A stretch of DNA of 50,203 nt, taken from the NCBI GenBank assembly GCA_021783355.1, contig JAJXTZ010000001.1, positions 1-50,203 on the forward strand, written 5' to 3'. The notes under the pieces are model-generated. The model made no database searches. It had not been told where the DNA came from and was given only the letters and a program-made list of their open reading frames with translations. The position numbers and the translations under genes are program-made. Source of the DNA: a bacterium (GTDB taxonomy: Bacteria > Elusimicrobiota > Elusimicrobia > UBA1565 > UBA9628). How positions within the stretch are numbered: the stretch's first letter is position 1; the number at the start of each line of letters is the position of its first letter. This document shows positions 11,659 through 20,639 of the stretch, one piece after another.

Positions 11659-13101
11659 CTACTCCGGGATCAGCCACCAGCCCGGTTGGGCCCGGGCTTT
11701 ATAGAGAAACATGTGATGGAGCAGGGTCTTGATCCAGTGCCCGGCCGAGCCGATCTCTCCGAAGGTGTAGTCCAGGTCGCGTCCCACCCCGGGCCAGCGC
11801 GCGTAATCCGGGACGATCGGGAACATGGTCATGGACGCGGCCGTGCCGGAGAGCCAGCCCGCGCCGGCCGAGGCCACGCAGGCGGCCCCCAACTCGGCCA
11901 TCGAGGCGGTGCGCGCCGGGGTCTCTCGGCCCAGGATCCGGTCGGCCGTGTTGAGCGCGACGACGCGCCCCATCACGGCCGACGGCATGCCGGTGCGCGG
12001 CGGGGCGGGCGAGATGACCGTCCCGGAAGGGCTCTTGCGCGGGCGCGAGATCGGATGCGGCGGGGCGAAGGCGATGCCCACGGCGAAGAGGTTGGGGTGG
12101 CGCGGGCTTTGGTAGACGCGCGGCCAGTCCGCGGGGGCCCACTCCTCGTAGGGCTTGGGCGCGTAGTCGGCGTCCACCTTCATGAAGCCGCTGGGCGCGA
12201 AGAGCTCGGCGGTGGTCTCCACGCCGTCGCGGCCGAAGGACTTCAGGCCCACGCCGGTGAACGGGGGCAGCAGCATCCCGAAGTCGAACTCGAGGCGCCC
12301 CTCGGCGCCCTCCAGCGTCTCGTACTCGAGCGCGCCGCCGCGCACCGAGCGCACGTGCGCGCCGGTCAGCCACTCCACGCCGCGCTCGGCGAACAGCGAC
12401 TCGGCGAAGGTGCGGCTGTGGACCACGTAGCCGCCGCTCTTCAGGCGCAGGCCGTCCACCCCGAAGTCGCCGAGCGCCGCCTCGTTGGTCAGGAAGACCA
12501 CGCGCGCCTTGTCGCGCGCGCCCAGGCGCCGCAGCTCGTACTCGACGTTGAACAGGTACTCGAAGGCCGCGCCCTCGCAGGTGCACGAGCCGTGCCCGGT
12601 CCCGACGACCAGCGTGCGGCGCGCGCCTTTTTTAAGGTCCGCGACGCAGGCGGCGAACGCGCGGGCGGTCGCGGCCGCGTGCTCGGCCGTGCACACCGAG
12701 TGCGTCTCGCCGTCGGGCCCCAGCCCGGGCGTGGCGCCGAAGTTCAGGCGCGGCCCGGTGGCGTTGATCAGCCAGTCGTAGGTCTCCTCGCGGCGGGAGC
12801 CGTCGGCGGCCTCCACCACGACGAACGGGCGCGGCGAGGCCGGCGTGCCCTCGGGGCGCAGCTCCACGGCGCGGCCCATGACGAAGGAGATCCCGGCGCG
12901 CTCGTACACCGGGCGCAGCGGGACGAGGACCTCCTCCGGGGACATCCGGCCCACGCCCACCCAGATGTTCGACGGGACCCAGTTGTAGGCGTCCTTGGGC
13001 GAGACCACGACGACCTCGTGCTCGCGCGGCAGCGCCCGGCGCGCCGTCATGGCGGCCGTGTGTCCGGCGATCCCGGCTCCCAGAACCATCACCTTGGCCA
13101 T
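11659..13101 (-). CDS. sqr: sulfide:quinone oxidoreductase (FAD-dependent, SQR family)
   Basis: MVLGAGIAGHTAA is the FAD fold. GTGHGSCTCEGAAFEY and ELGAACVASAG match the two SQR redox-cysteine regions. GGAGG lies 6 nt upstream of the ATG. Confidence 0.85.
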   Translation of the reverse strand: MAKVMVLGAGIAGHTAAMTARRALPREHEVVVVSPKDAYNWVPSNIWVGVGRMSPEEVLVPLRPVYERAGISFVMGRAVELRPEGTPASPRPFVVVEAADGSRREETYDWLINATGPRLNFGATPGLGPDGETHSVCTAEHAAATARAFAACVADLKKGARRTLVVGTGHGSCTCEGAAFEYLFNVEYELRRLGARDKARVVFLTNEAALGDFGVDGLRLKSGGYVVHSRTFAESLFAERGVEWLTGAHVRSVRGGALEYETLEGAEGRLEFDFGMLLPPFTGVGLKSFGRDGVETTAELFAPSGFMKVDADYAPKPYEEWAPADWPRVYQSPRHPNLFAVGIAFAPPHPISRPRKSPSGTVISPAPPRTGMPSAVMGRVVALNTADRILGRETPARTASMAELGAACVASAGAGWLSGTAASMTMFPIVPDYARWPGVGRDLDYTFGEIGSAGHWIKTLLHHMFLYKARAQPGWWLIPE

Positions 13102-13133
13102 GACGCGCCTCCGCGGGACTGCCTAGACTGTCT

Positions 13134-13149
13134 AGCAACGCCCGTGCCA
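13134..13149 (-). promoter_or_regulatory. sigma54-type -24/-12 promoter TGGCACG-N4-TTGCT upstream of sqr
   Basis: The reverse complement of 13134-13149 is TGGCACGGGCGTTGCT, a full match to TGGCACG-N4-TTGCW. It lies about 33 nt upstream of the sqr ATG and is followed by the palindrome CTAGAC-T-GTCTAG (13123-13135). Confidence 0.5.
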
Positions 13150-13158
13150 GCGGGGGGG

Positions 13159-13416
13159 TCAGCGGCGGCGGGCGGAGGCGGCGCGCAGGGCGGCGGCCAG
13201 GGAGCGGCGTGAGGCGGCGGGGGCGCGCCAGCCGCGCTTGACGCGCTTGAGGGCGCGCACGGTGCGCTCCAGGCTGGCCAGGACCTGGGCGCAGGGGAGG
13301 CAGGAGCGGCGATGGGCGGCCACCAGGCGGCGGGAGGAGGCGCTCAGCTCGCCGTCGAGGTAGTCGCAGAGCAGGGCGACGCGGCGCCGGCAGGACGAGC
13401 TTTCGAGCTCCTTCAT
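13159..13416 (-). CDS. cytoplasmic zinc-binding anti-sigma factor (ZAS, RsrA-like, 85 aa)
   Basis: C9...H35-x3-C39-x2-C42 (HRRSCLPC). No transmembrane segment. The ATG overlaps the sigma factor stop (ATGA). Confidence 0.75.
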   Translation of the reverse strand: MKELESSSCRRRVALLCDYLDGELSASSRRLVAAHRRSCLPCAQVLASLERTVRALKRVKRGWRAPAASRRSLAAALRAASARRR

Positions 13417-14042
13417 GCCTTTTCGATGCCCGGGCGTCGGGAAGGATTCGCCTCGTACGCGCGCCGGAACTCGTCGCGCAGGAACAGGCGCCCGCGGTGG
13501 AGGCGGGATTTGACCGCCGCGACGCTGAGCTTGAGGATCTTCGCGGTCTCCTCGGCGGAGAGCCCCTCCACGTCGCGCAGCGTGACCACCAGCCGGTAGT
13601 CCACCGGCAGCTTGGCCAGCGCGCCGGAGACGTGCGCGACCAGCTCCTTCTTGCGCGCGGCCTCCTCCGGCGTCGGGCTCTCGTCGCGGAACTGGCGCCC
13701 GCGCGGGGCGTCGGCGCCGTCGTGGTCGTGCTCGTGCGGGCGGTCGAGCAGGGGGACGAACGGCTCGCGCTTCTTCTTGCGGTAGCGCATGAAGCACAGG
13801 TTCGACGCGATGCGGTAAAGCCAGGTGCCCAGATCCGCGTCCGAGCGGAAGCCGCGGATCTTCTTGAACGCGGTCAGGAAGGTCTCCTGATAGACGTCCT
13901 CGGCGTCGGAGGGCAGGCCGGAGCAGACGCTCTTGGCCAGCCGGTAGATGCGGTCCTCGTAGCCGCGGATCAGGCGCGAGAAGGCGTCGGCGTCGCCGGC
14001 CCGCGCGCGTTCGATCAGGTTCCGTTCGGCCGCCGTCGTCAT
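13413..14042 (-). CDS. ECF (sigma-70 family group IV) RNA polymerase sigma factor
   Basis: Region 2 (DAEDVYQETFLTAFKKIRGF...WLYRIASNLCF) and region 4 (LPVDYRLVVTLRDVEGLSAEETAKILKLSVAAVKSRLHRGR). TATAAT (14049-14054, minus strand) lies 6 nt upstream of ATG 14042. Confidence 0.9.
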   Translation of the reverse strand: MTTAAERNLIERARAGDADAFSRLIRGYEDRIYRLAKSVCSGLPSDAEDVYQETFLTAFKKIRGFRSDADLGTWLYRIASNLCFMRYRKKKREPFVPLLDRPHEHDHDGADAPRGRQFRDESPTPEEAARKKELVAHVSGALAKLPVDYRLVVTLRDVEGLSAEETAKILKLSVAAVKSRLHRGRLFLRDEFRRAYEANPSRRPGIEKA

Positions 14043-14150
14043 CGCGGGATTATATCCCTTTCCGCTTTGCCCCGACAGGGCACGGGCTCTCCCGAGCCGC
14101 GTGAGCCGCACGGTAATTAATGTTGCATGGAGACCGTACGGAGAATCATG

Positions 14151-15569
14151 ATGACACTAGATCCCGTCGTTCTCGCGCGCGTCCAATTCGCCTTGACGGT
14201 GATGTTCCATTACCTGTTCCCGCCCCTGTCCATCGGATTGGGGGCCCTGCTCGTGATGATGGAAGGGGCTTATCATTGGACCGGCGACGAGGAGTGGGAG
14301 AGGCTGGCGCGGTTCTGGACCAAGGTCTTCGCGGTGAACTTCGCGCTCGGCGTGGCGACGGGGATCGTGATGGAGTTCCAGTTCGGCACGAACTGGTCGA
14401 CCTACTCGCGCTTCGTCGGGGACGTGTTCGGCTCGGCGCTGGCCGCCGAGGGGGTGTTCGCGTTCTTCCTTGAGTCCGGCTTCCTGGCCGTGCTGGTGTT
14501 CGGTTGGGACCGCGTGTCGAAACGCGCGCACTTCTTCGCCACGGTCATGGTCGCGCTCGGCGCCACGTTCTCGGCGGTCTGGATCGTGATCGCCAACTCG
14601 TGGCAGCAGACGCCGGCCGGCTTCGCCCTGGTGGCCCACCACGGCGTCATGCGCGCCGAGATCACGGACTTTTGGGCGATGGTCTTCAACCCGTCCAGCG
14701 TCCAGCGGCTCGTCCACGTCATGCTGGGCGCCTACGCGACGGGCGCGGCCTTTGTGGCCAGCGTCTCGGCCTACTACGTCCTCAAGGGCCGGCACGGGAA
14801 CCTGGCGCGCAAGTCCCTCGCCTTGTCGGTGCTCTTCGGCGCGGCGGCCTGCCTGGCCATCCCGGCCTCCGGCGACACCCAGGCCCGGACCGTCGCACGC
14901 ACCCAGCCGGCCAAGCTGGCCGCCTTCGAGGGTCTTTACCGGACGCAGGCGCGGGCCCCGCTGTCCTTGATCGGCTGGCCGGACGACGCGCGCCGCGAGA
15001 CGCGCTTCGGCGTCGCGATCCCGGGCCTCTTGAGCTTCCTGGTGCACGGCCGCGTCGACGCGCCGGTCACGGGGCTGGACGCCTTCAAGGCGGAGGACCT
15101 GCCGCCGGTGGCCGCGTCGTTCCTGCTCTACCACGCGATGGTCGCCCTGGGCGTCCTCCTGGCGGCGTTGTTCGCCGTCTCCGCCTGGCGCTTGCGCGGC
15201 GGCCGGCTCTTCGGCGACCGCCTCCTGCTTCGGGCGCTGGTCGCCGGCGTCGGCGCGGCCACGGCCGCCAATCAGCTCGGCTGGTGCGCGGCCGAAGTCG
15301 GGCGCCAGCCTTGGATCGTCTACGGCCTCCTGCGCACGAAGGACGCGGTCTCGCCCTCGGTCCCCGGGCGGGACATCCTGGCCTCGATCGTCATGTTCGG
15401 CGTCGTCTACGCCCTGCTCTTCGTGCTGTGGCTCGGCCTGCTCGACGCGAAGATCCGGCGCGGTCCGGAGGAGGCGGAGGCGCCGCGCCCGGGAGGCTTC
15501 CTGGGAGCCGCCGCCGAGCTGGCGGACCCCTCCGGAGGGTCCCTGACCGGCGAGGAGGAGGGGCGATGA
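14151..15569 (+). CDS. cydA: cytochrome bd ubiquinol oxidase subunit I
   Basis: [31 protein letters not shown] is a CydA N-terminus. GGAG lies 7 nt upstream of ATG 14151. In-frame alternative starts are at 14127 and 14148. Confidence 0.9.
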   Translation: MTLDPVVLARVQFALTVMFHYLFPPLSIGLGALLVMMEGAYHWTGDEEWERLARFWTKVFAVNFALGVATGIVMEFQFGTNWSTYSRFVGDVFGSALAAEGVFAFFLESGFLAVLVFGWDRVSKRAHFFATVMVALGATFSAVWIVIANSWQQTPAGFALVAHHGVMRAEITDFWAMVFNPSSVQRLVHVMLGAYATGAAFVASVSAYYVLKGRHGNLARKSLALSVLFGAAACLAIPASGDTQARTVARTQPAKLAAFEGLYRTQARAPLSLIGWPDDARRETRFGVAIPGLLSFLVHGRVDAPVTGLDAFKAEDLPPVAASFLLYHAMVALGVLLAALFAVSAWRLRGGRLFGDRLLLRALVAGVGAATAANQLGWCAAEVGRQPWIVYGLLRTKDAVSPSVPGRDILASIVMFGVVYALLFVLWLGLLDAKIRRGPEEAEAPRPGGFLGAAAELADPSGGSLTGEEEGR

Positions 15570-16582
15570 ACCTGCGCGTGCTGTGGTTCGTTCTTCTGGG
15601 CGTCCTGCTGGCCGGCTACGCCGTCCTCGACGGCTTCGACCTGGGCGTCGGCATCCTCCATCCCGGGGCGCGCGACGACCGGGAGCGGCGGATCTTCATG
15701 AACTCGATCGGCCCCCTCTGGGACGGCAACGAGGTCTGGCTCGTGACTTTCGGCGGCGCACTGTTCGCCGCCTTCCCTGAGGCCTACGCGACGGCGTTCT
15801 CGGCGTTCTACCCGGCGTTCATGATTCTGTTGTGCGCGCTGATCTTCCGCGCGGTCTCCATGGAGTTCCGCAGCAAGCGCGACTCCCGCGTCTGGCGGAG
15901 AGCCTGGGACGGGGCTTTTTTCCTGTCCAGCCTGACGGCCGCGGTCCTGTTCGGCGCGGCCGTTGGGGACTCGATGCTCGGCATCCCGCTGACCGCCGCC
16001 CACGAGTACGCGGGAGGCTTTTGGGACCTGCTGAGGCCGTACGCGCTGCTCGTCGGGGCCCTTAACGCGGCGATGTTCGCGATGCACGGCGCAATCTACC
16101 TGCATCTGAAGACGGAGGGCGAGCTCCAGCGCCGCGTGCGGCGCTGGATGTGGCACTCGTTCGGCGTCTTCCTGACGCTCTACCTATTGACCACGATCGT
16201 CACGCTGATCCGCGTCCCCCGCGCGATTGCGAACTTCGCGGAGATGCCGTGGCTGTGGGGCCTCGTCGTCGCCGAAGTCCTGGCCCTGGCGAACATCCCG
16301 CGCTCCCTCTACCTGCGGCGTTCCGGCCAGGCCTTCGTCTCGTCGACGGCGGCGATCGCGGCGCTGGTCGCGCTTTTCGGGGCGGCGCTGTATCCGAACC
16401 TGATCGTCTCCAGCCTGGATCCGGCCGGCACGCTGACCATCGCCAACGCCGCGTCGTCGCAGCGCACGCTGGGGATCATGGCCTTCATCGCCGCGGCCGG
16501 CCTGCCATTCGTCCTCGCCTACACGGCGATCATCTATTGGGTGTTCCGCGGGAAGGTCGAGCTGGGCAAATTCAGCTACTGA
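15566..16582 (+). CDS. cydB: cytochrome bd ubiquinol oxidase subunit II
   Basis: LWFVLLGVLLAGYAVLDGFDLGVGIL...GPLWDGNEVWL is the CydB signature. ATGA overlap with cydA. Confidence 0.9.
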   Translation: MNLRVLWFVLLGVLLAGYAVLDGFDLGVGILHPGARDDRERRIFMNSIGPLWDGNEVWLVTFGGALFAAFPEAYATAFSAFYPAFMILLCALIFRAVSMEFRSKRDSRVWRRAWDGAFFLSSLTAAVLFGAAVGDSMLGIPLTAAHEYAGGFWDLLRPYALLVGALNAAMFAMHGAIYLHLKTEGELQRRVRRWMWHSFGVFLTLYLLTTIVTLIRVPRAIANFAEMPWLWGLVVAEVLALANIPRSLYLRRSGQAFVSSTAAIAALVALFGAALYPNLIVSSLDPAGTLTIANAASSQRTLGIMAFIAAAGLPFVLAYTAIIYWVFRGKVELGKFSY

Positions 16583-16584
16583 CC

Positions 16585-16603
16585 GCCGGGGCGCCCGGTT
16601 TTT
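16585..16603 (+). terminator. short GC hairpin plus T5, possible intrinsic terminator after cydB
   Basis: CCGGG-GCG-CCCGG followed by TTTTT, immediately after the cydB stop. Confidence 0.4.
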
Positions 16604-16619
16604 GGCTAGAATGGACGCC

Positions 16620-17093
16620 ATGGACGCCCCCTATTCCCGCATCGCCGCCGACGTGGTCCTCGGCCGCGGCGTGCGCCTGACCGGCTGGGTCAACCTGTAC
16701 GGCTGCGCGATCGGCGACGAGACCCGCGTGGGCCCGTTCGTGGAGGTCCAGAAGGGCGCGCGGATCGGCGCGCGCGTGAAGCTCTCCTCGCACAGCTTCG
16801 TCTGCGAGGGCGTGACGATCGAAGACGAGGTCTTCGTCGGCCACGGGGTGCTGTTCATCAACGACAAGCGCCCGGTCGCGGCCCTGGACGGCCGCCCCAC
16901 CGGCGACGCCGACTGGACCCCGCAGAAGACCCTGGTGAGGAAAGGCGCCTCGATCGGCTCGGGCGCGGTGATCCTGGGCGGCGTGACGATCGGCGCGGGC
17001 GCGCTGATCGGCGCGGGCGCGGTGGTCACCAAGAGCGTGCCCGACGGCGCCGTCGTGGCCGGAGTCCCGGCGCGGGCCCTGCACCGGAGGTAG
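16620..17093 (+). CDS. left-handed beta-helix (hexapeptide repeat) sugar N-acetyltransferase (WbpD/QdtC-like)
   Basis: Hexapeptide repeats (IGSGAVILGGVTIGAGALIGAGAVV). Start chosen 7 nt after TAGAAT 16607-16612; the ORF opens at 16602. Confidence 0.8.
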   Translation: MDAPYSRIAADVVLGRGVRLTGWVNLYGCAIGDETRVGPFVEVQKGARIGARVKLSSHSFVCEGVTIEDEVFVGHGVLFINDKRPVAALDGRPTGDADWTPQKTLVRKGASIGSGAVILGGVTIGAGALIGAGAVVTKSVPDGAVVAGVPARALHRR

Positions 17094-17095
17094 CC

Positions 17096-18202
17096 ATGGA
17101 GACCATTCCCCTCGTCGACTTGAAGGCCCAGTACGAGTCGTTCCGGGACGAGATGGACGCCGCGATCCTGGGGGCCGTGCGCTCGACCCGCTTCGTGCTG
17201 GGGCCCGAGGTCCAGGCCTTCGAGACCGCCTTCGCCGCCTACCTGGGCGTCAAGCACTTCGTCTGCTGCCAGTCCGGCACCTCGGCGATCTCCCTGATGC
17301 TGGAGGCGGCCGGGGTCGGCCCCGGCGACGAGGTCGTGACCACGCCGATGACCTATTTCGCCACCAGCGAGGGCGTCCTGCAGGCCGGCGCGTTCCCCAT
17401 CTACGCCGACGCCGACCCCGCCACGCTGAACCTGGACCCGGCCGCCGTCGAGAAGGCCCTGACGCCCCGGACCAAGGCCATCCTCGCCGTCCACCTGTAC
17501 GGCCGCCCGGCGGACATGGACGCCCTGCGCGCCGTCGCCGCGCGCCGCGGCTTGCTCGTCTTCGAGGACGCCGCGCAGGCGGCGGGCTCGCGCTACAAGG
17601 GCCGCCGGGCCGGGAGCCTGGGCAAGGCCGCATCGTTCAGCTTCTATCCGGGCAAGAACCTGGGCGCCTACGGCGACGCCGGCGGGGTCGCCACCGACGA
17701 CGACGCCGTCGCCCTCGGCGTCCGCCGCCGCCGCGACCACGGCTGCGACCGCAAGAACCACCACCTGATTGCGGCCGGCAACGAGCGCCTGGAGACCATC
17801 CAGGGCGCGGTGCTGGGCGTCAAGCTCCCGCGCCTGGACGCCTGGAACGACGCGCGCCGCCGCCTGGCCGCCGCGTACCGCCGGGAGCTCGCCGGCGTCC
17901 CGGGCCTGACGCTCGTCTCCGAGGCCGAGGGCGCCGAGTCCAACTACCACCTCTTCGTCGCGCGCCACGCGCGCCGCGACGCGCTGCTCGAGCACCTGCG
18001 CGCGAACGGGGTCATGGCCGACATCCACTACCCGGTGGCCAGCCACCTGCAGGAGGCGCTGGGGGCCCGCAAGGGCCGCCCGGGAGAGTTCCCCGCCGCG
18101 GAGCGCGGGGCGGCCGAGGTCCTGTCCTTGCCGCTCTTCCCCGAGATGACCGACGCTCAGCTCGCCCGGGTCGTCGCCGCGGTCCGCGCGTTCCGCGGAT
18201 GA
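17096..18202 (+). CDS. DegT/DnrJ/EryC1/StrS-family PLP-dependent sugar aminotransferase
   Basis: PLVDLKAQY...FEDAAQAAGS...FSFYPGKNLGAYGDAG is the family signature, including the PLP lysine region. GGAGG lies 5 nt upstream. Confidence 0.9.
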   Translation: METIPLVDLKAQYESFRDEMDAAILGAVRSTRFVLGPEVQAFETAFAAYLGVKHFVCCQSGTSAISLMLEAAGVGPGDEVVTTPMTYFATSEGVLQAGAFPIYADADPATLNLDPAAVEKALTPRTKAILAVHLYGRPADMDALRAVAARRGLLVFEDAAQAAGSRYKGRRAGSLGKAASFSFYPGKNLGAYGDAGGVATDDDAVALGVRRRRDHGCDRKNHHLIAAGNERLETIQGAVLGVKLPRLDAWNDARRRLAAAYRRELAGVPGLTLVSEAEGAESNYHLFVARHARRDALLEHLRANGVMADIHYPVASHLQEALGARKGRPGEFPAAERGAAEVLSLPLFPEMTDAQLARVVAAVRAFRG

Positions 18203-19860
18203 AGCGGGCCGCCCGCCCCGAGACCGCCGTCGTCCTCGGCGCCGCGGCCGTCCTGCTCGCGCTGGCCGCGGTCCCGCGCCTGGTCGCCCTGGGCTACGGC
18301 CTGCCCCAGGTCTACAACGCCGACGAGCCCCACGTGATGAACATGGCCGTGTCCCTGGCCGGCGGCCTGCGCCCGTACTCGTTCAAGTACCCGACCCTCT
18401 GGCCCGAGGTCCTGGCCGCGGCCTACGGCCTGTGGTTCGTCTTCTGGTCCGGGTTCGGGTTCCTGCGCGGCGCGACCGACTTCGCGGCCAAGTTCGGCTT
18501 CGACCCGACCGGGTTCTATCTGATCGCGCGCGGCCTGGCCGCGGCCGCGCAGCTGGGGGGCCTGGCCGTGATCGCGGCGGCCGAGCGCGGGCCGGACCGG
18601 CGGCGCTGGCCGTACGGCGCGGCCGCGCTGGCGCTGTCGCCGACCCTGGTGGAGCTCGCGCACGCGGGCAAGCCGGACTCGCTGATGTTCCTGCTGGCCG
18701 CCGGCGCCTTCGCGGCCGCCCTGCGCTTCCAGGCCGACGGGCGGCGGCGCGGCTGGCTGCTGGTCTCCGCCGCGCTGGCGGGACTGGCCTGCTCGGCGCA
18801 GTACACGGCGGCGCCGGCCGGGCTGGTCGTGGGCCTGGCCTGGCTGCTCAACTCCGAGGGCCCGGCGCCGCTGTCCTGGCTGGTCCAGGCGGGGCTGGCG
18901 GCGCTGGCCGGCTTCGCGCTGACCACCCCCTACGCCTTGATCGACCACGCGCGCTTCGTCGCGGACTGGAAGGACTACGGGGACCTGGGCCGCCTCAGGC
19001 CCCACGACGCGGCGCTGACCGCGCGGCTGGCGGCGCGCAACCTGTGGACCTTCGCGGGGGAGGGCTCCCCGGCGGGCGCGGCGGCCCTGCTGGGGCTTTG
19101 GCCGCTGCTGCGCCGCGACCCCAAGCGCGCGGCGCTCCTGCTGGTCCCGGTCGCGGCGTACGCGGCGGTGCTCGCGTTCAGCTTCGACGGGGGCGTGCCG
19201 CGCTACATGCTGGGCGCCTACCCGGCGCTGGCCCTCCTGGCCGGCGAGGGCCTGACCTGGCTGGGCGGCGCGGGGCCGCGGCGGCGCGCCCTGGTCGCCG
19301 CGCTGGCGCTGGCGCCGGGCCTGGTGCTGTGCTGGCGGCAGGACGCCGACCTCCTCCTGCCCGACACGCGCGCGCAGGCGACCGCCTGGCTGGACGCCCA
19401 TGTCCCGGCCGGCGACACCCTGCTCCTCGACGAGCCGCACGCGGGGCCGTTCGCGCTCATGACCAAGGCGCAGTGCCAGGAGCTGGCGGCGCGCGCGGCC
19501 GCGCACGGCTCCCCCCGCGCGCGCCTGTTCCGCGCCATGGCCGCGCGGCACCCGGGCGGGGGCTGGCGCATCGAGCGCGTGCGCCGCTCGCCGCGCGACC
19601 TGTGGTCGGCCCCGCGCCAGGTGGCGGAGTCCCAGGCCGACGAGGACTTCCTGGACGTGCGCCCGGGCCTGGACACGGCCCGCGCGGCGCGCGTGGACTA
19701 TGTGGTGACCTCCAGCCTGGGCGCCGACCCGCGCCGCGCGCGCGAGCTGGCGACCTTCTTCTCGGAGCTGGCGGCCGGCGCGGACCTGGTCGCCGAGTTC
19801 CCGTCGCAGCCCGGGCGCACCGTCGGTCCCTGGCTGAGGGTCTACCGCTTGACGCGGTAG
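18199..19860 (+). CDS. GT-C fold membrane glycosyltransferase (ArnT/PMT_2-like), copy 2
   Basis: Multi-span protein with the first-loop motif YNADEPHVMNMA and a large C-terminal soluble domain. ATGA overlap with the aminotransferase. Confidence 0.75.
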   Translation: MKRAARPETAVVLGAAAVLLALAAVPRLVALGYGLPQVYNADEPHVMNMAVSLAGGLRPYSFKYPTLWPEVLAAAYGLWFVFWSGFGFLRGATDFAAKFGFDPTGFYLIARGLAAAAQLGGLAVIAAAERGPDRRRWPYGAAALALSPTLVELAHAGKPDSLMFLLAAGAFAAALRFQADGRRRGWLLVSAALAGLACSAQYTAAPAGLVVGLAWLLNSEGPAPLSWLVQAGLAALAGFALTTPYALIDHARFVADWKDYGDLGRLRPHDAALTARLAARNLWTFAGEGSPAGAAALLGLWPLLRRDPKRAALLLVPVAAYAAVLAFSFDGGVPRYMLGAYPALALLAGEGLTWLGGAGPRRRALVAALALAPGLVLCWRQDADLLLPDTRAQATAWLDAHVPAGDTLLLDEPHAGPFALMTKAQCQELAARAAAHGSPRARLFRAMAARHPGGGWRIERVRRSPRDLWSAPRQVAESQADEDFLDVRPGLDTARAARVDYVVTSSLGADPRRARELATFFSELAAGADLVAEFPSQPGRTVGPWLRVYRLTR

Positions 19861-19876
19861 GCCGGGCCGCGCTTTT
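19853..19876 (+). terminator. weak hairpin (CGCGG...CCGCG) plus CTTTT, possible terminator
   Basis: 5-bp stem with a 9-nt loop spanning the stop codon, followed by a T-run. The next promoter starts directly downstream. Confidence 0.35.
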
Positions 19877-19892
19877 CCTATAATCGGGGCCA

Positions 19893-20639
19893 ATGCCCAA
19901 GCCCAAGGTCGTCGTGGTGATGCCGGCGTACAACGCCGAGCGCACCCTGGAGAAGACCGTCCGCGACATCCCGCCGGGGTCGGTGGACGAGGTAATCCTG
20001 GTGGACGACCGCTCCAAGGACGGGACCGTCGCGCTGGCGCGCCGGCTGGGCCTGACCGTCATCGAGCACGACCGCAACAAGGGCTACGGCGGCAACCAGA
20101 AGACCTGCTACGCCGAGGCCCTCAGGCGCGGCGCCGACGTGGTGGTGATGGTCCATCCCGACTACCAGTACGACGCGCGCCTGGTGCCGATCATGTCCGC
20201 CCTGATCTCCAACGACATCTGCGACATGGTCTGCGGCAACCGCATCCGCACGCGCTGGGAGGCTCTCGGGGGCGGGATGCCGGTGTACAAGTACGCGTTC
20301 AACCGCCTGCTGACGATGTTCGAGAACGGCGTCACCGGACAGAACCTGGGCGAGTGGCACTCGGGCCTGCGCGCGTACTCGCGCCGGTGCCTGGAGACCG
20401 TGCCGTGGGAGAAGAACTCCGACGACTTCGTCTTCGACCAGCAGTTCCTGATCCAGGCCGCGTACCTGAAGCTGCGCCTGGGCGACGTGCCCGTGGCGGC
20501 GCGCTACTTCCGCGAGGCGTCCTCCATCAACTTCCGGCGCTCCTGCGTGTACGGCCTGTCGGCGCTGGTCTGCCTGGGTCAGTTCGTCCTGCAGAGCGCG
20601 GGGCTGGCGCGCTTCGCCCTTTTCGAGCCGAAGCGATGA
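19893..20639 (+). CDS. family 2 glycosyltransferase, polyprenyl-phosphate sugar synthase type (ArnC/GtrB/DPM1-like)
   Basis: VVVVMPAYNAERTLEKTV...VILVDDRSKDGT...VVMVHPDYQYD, with a C-terminal hydrophobic helix. TATAAT lies 8 nt upstream of the ATG. Confidence 0.85.
   Translation: MPKPKVVVVMPAYNAERTLEKTVRDIPPGSVDEVILVDDRSKDGTVALARRLGLTVIEHDRNKGYGGNQKTCYAEALRRGADVVVMVHPDYQYDARLVPIMSALISNDICDMVCGNRIRTRWEALGGGMPVYKYAFNRLLTMFENGVTGQNLGEWHSGLRAYSRRCLETVPWEKNSDDFVFDQQFLIQAAYLKLRLGDVPVAARYFREASSINFRRSCVYGLSALVCLGQFVLQSAGLARFALFEPKR

Noticed and set aside
14114-14129. A leaderless cydA starting at ATG 14127, 7 nt after TAATTA.
   Set aside because: CydA homology begins at [14 protein letters not shown], and a GGAG lies 7 nt before ATG 14151. 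The AT-rich hexamer is better read as the -10 for a 5' UTR of about 24 nt. The upstream ATGs remain possible alternatives.
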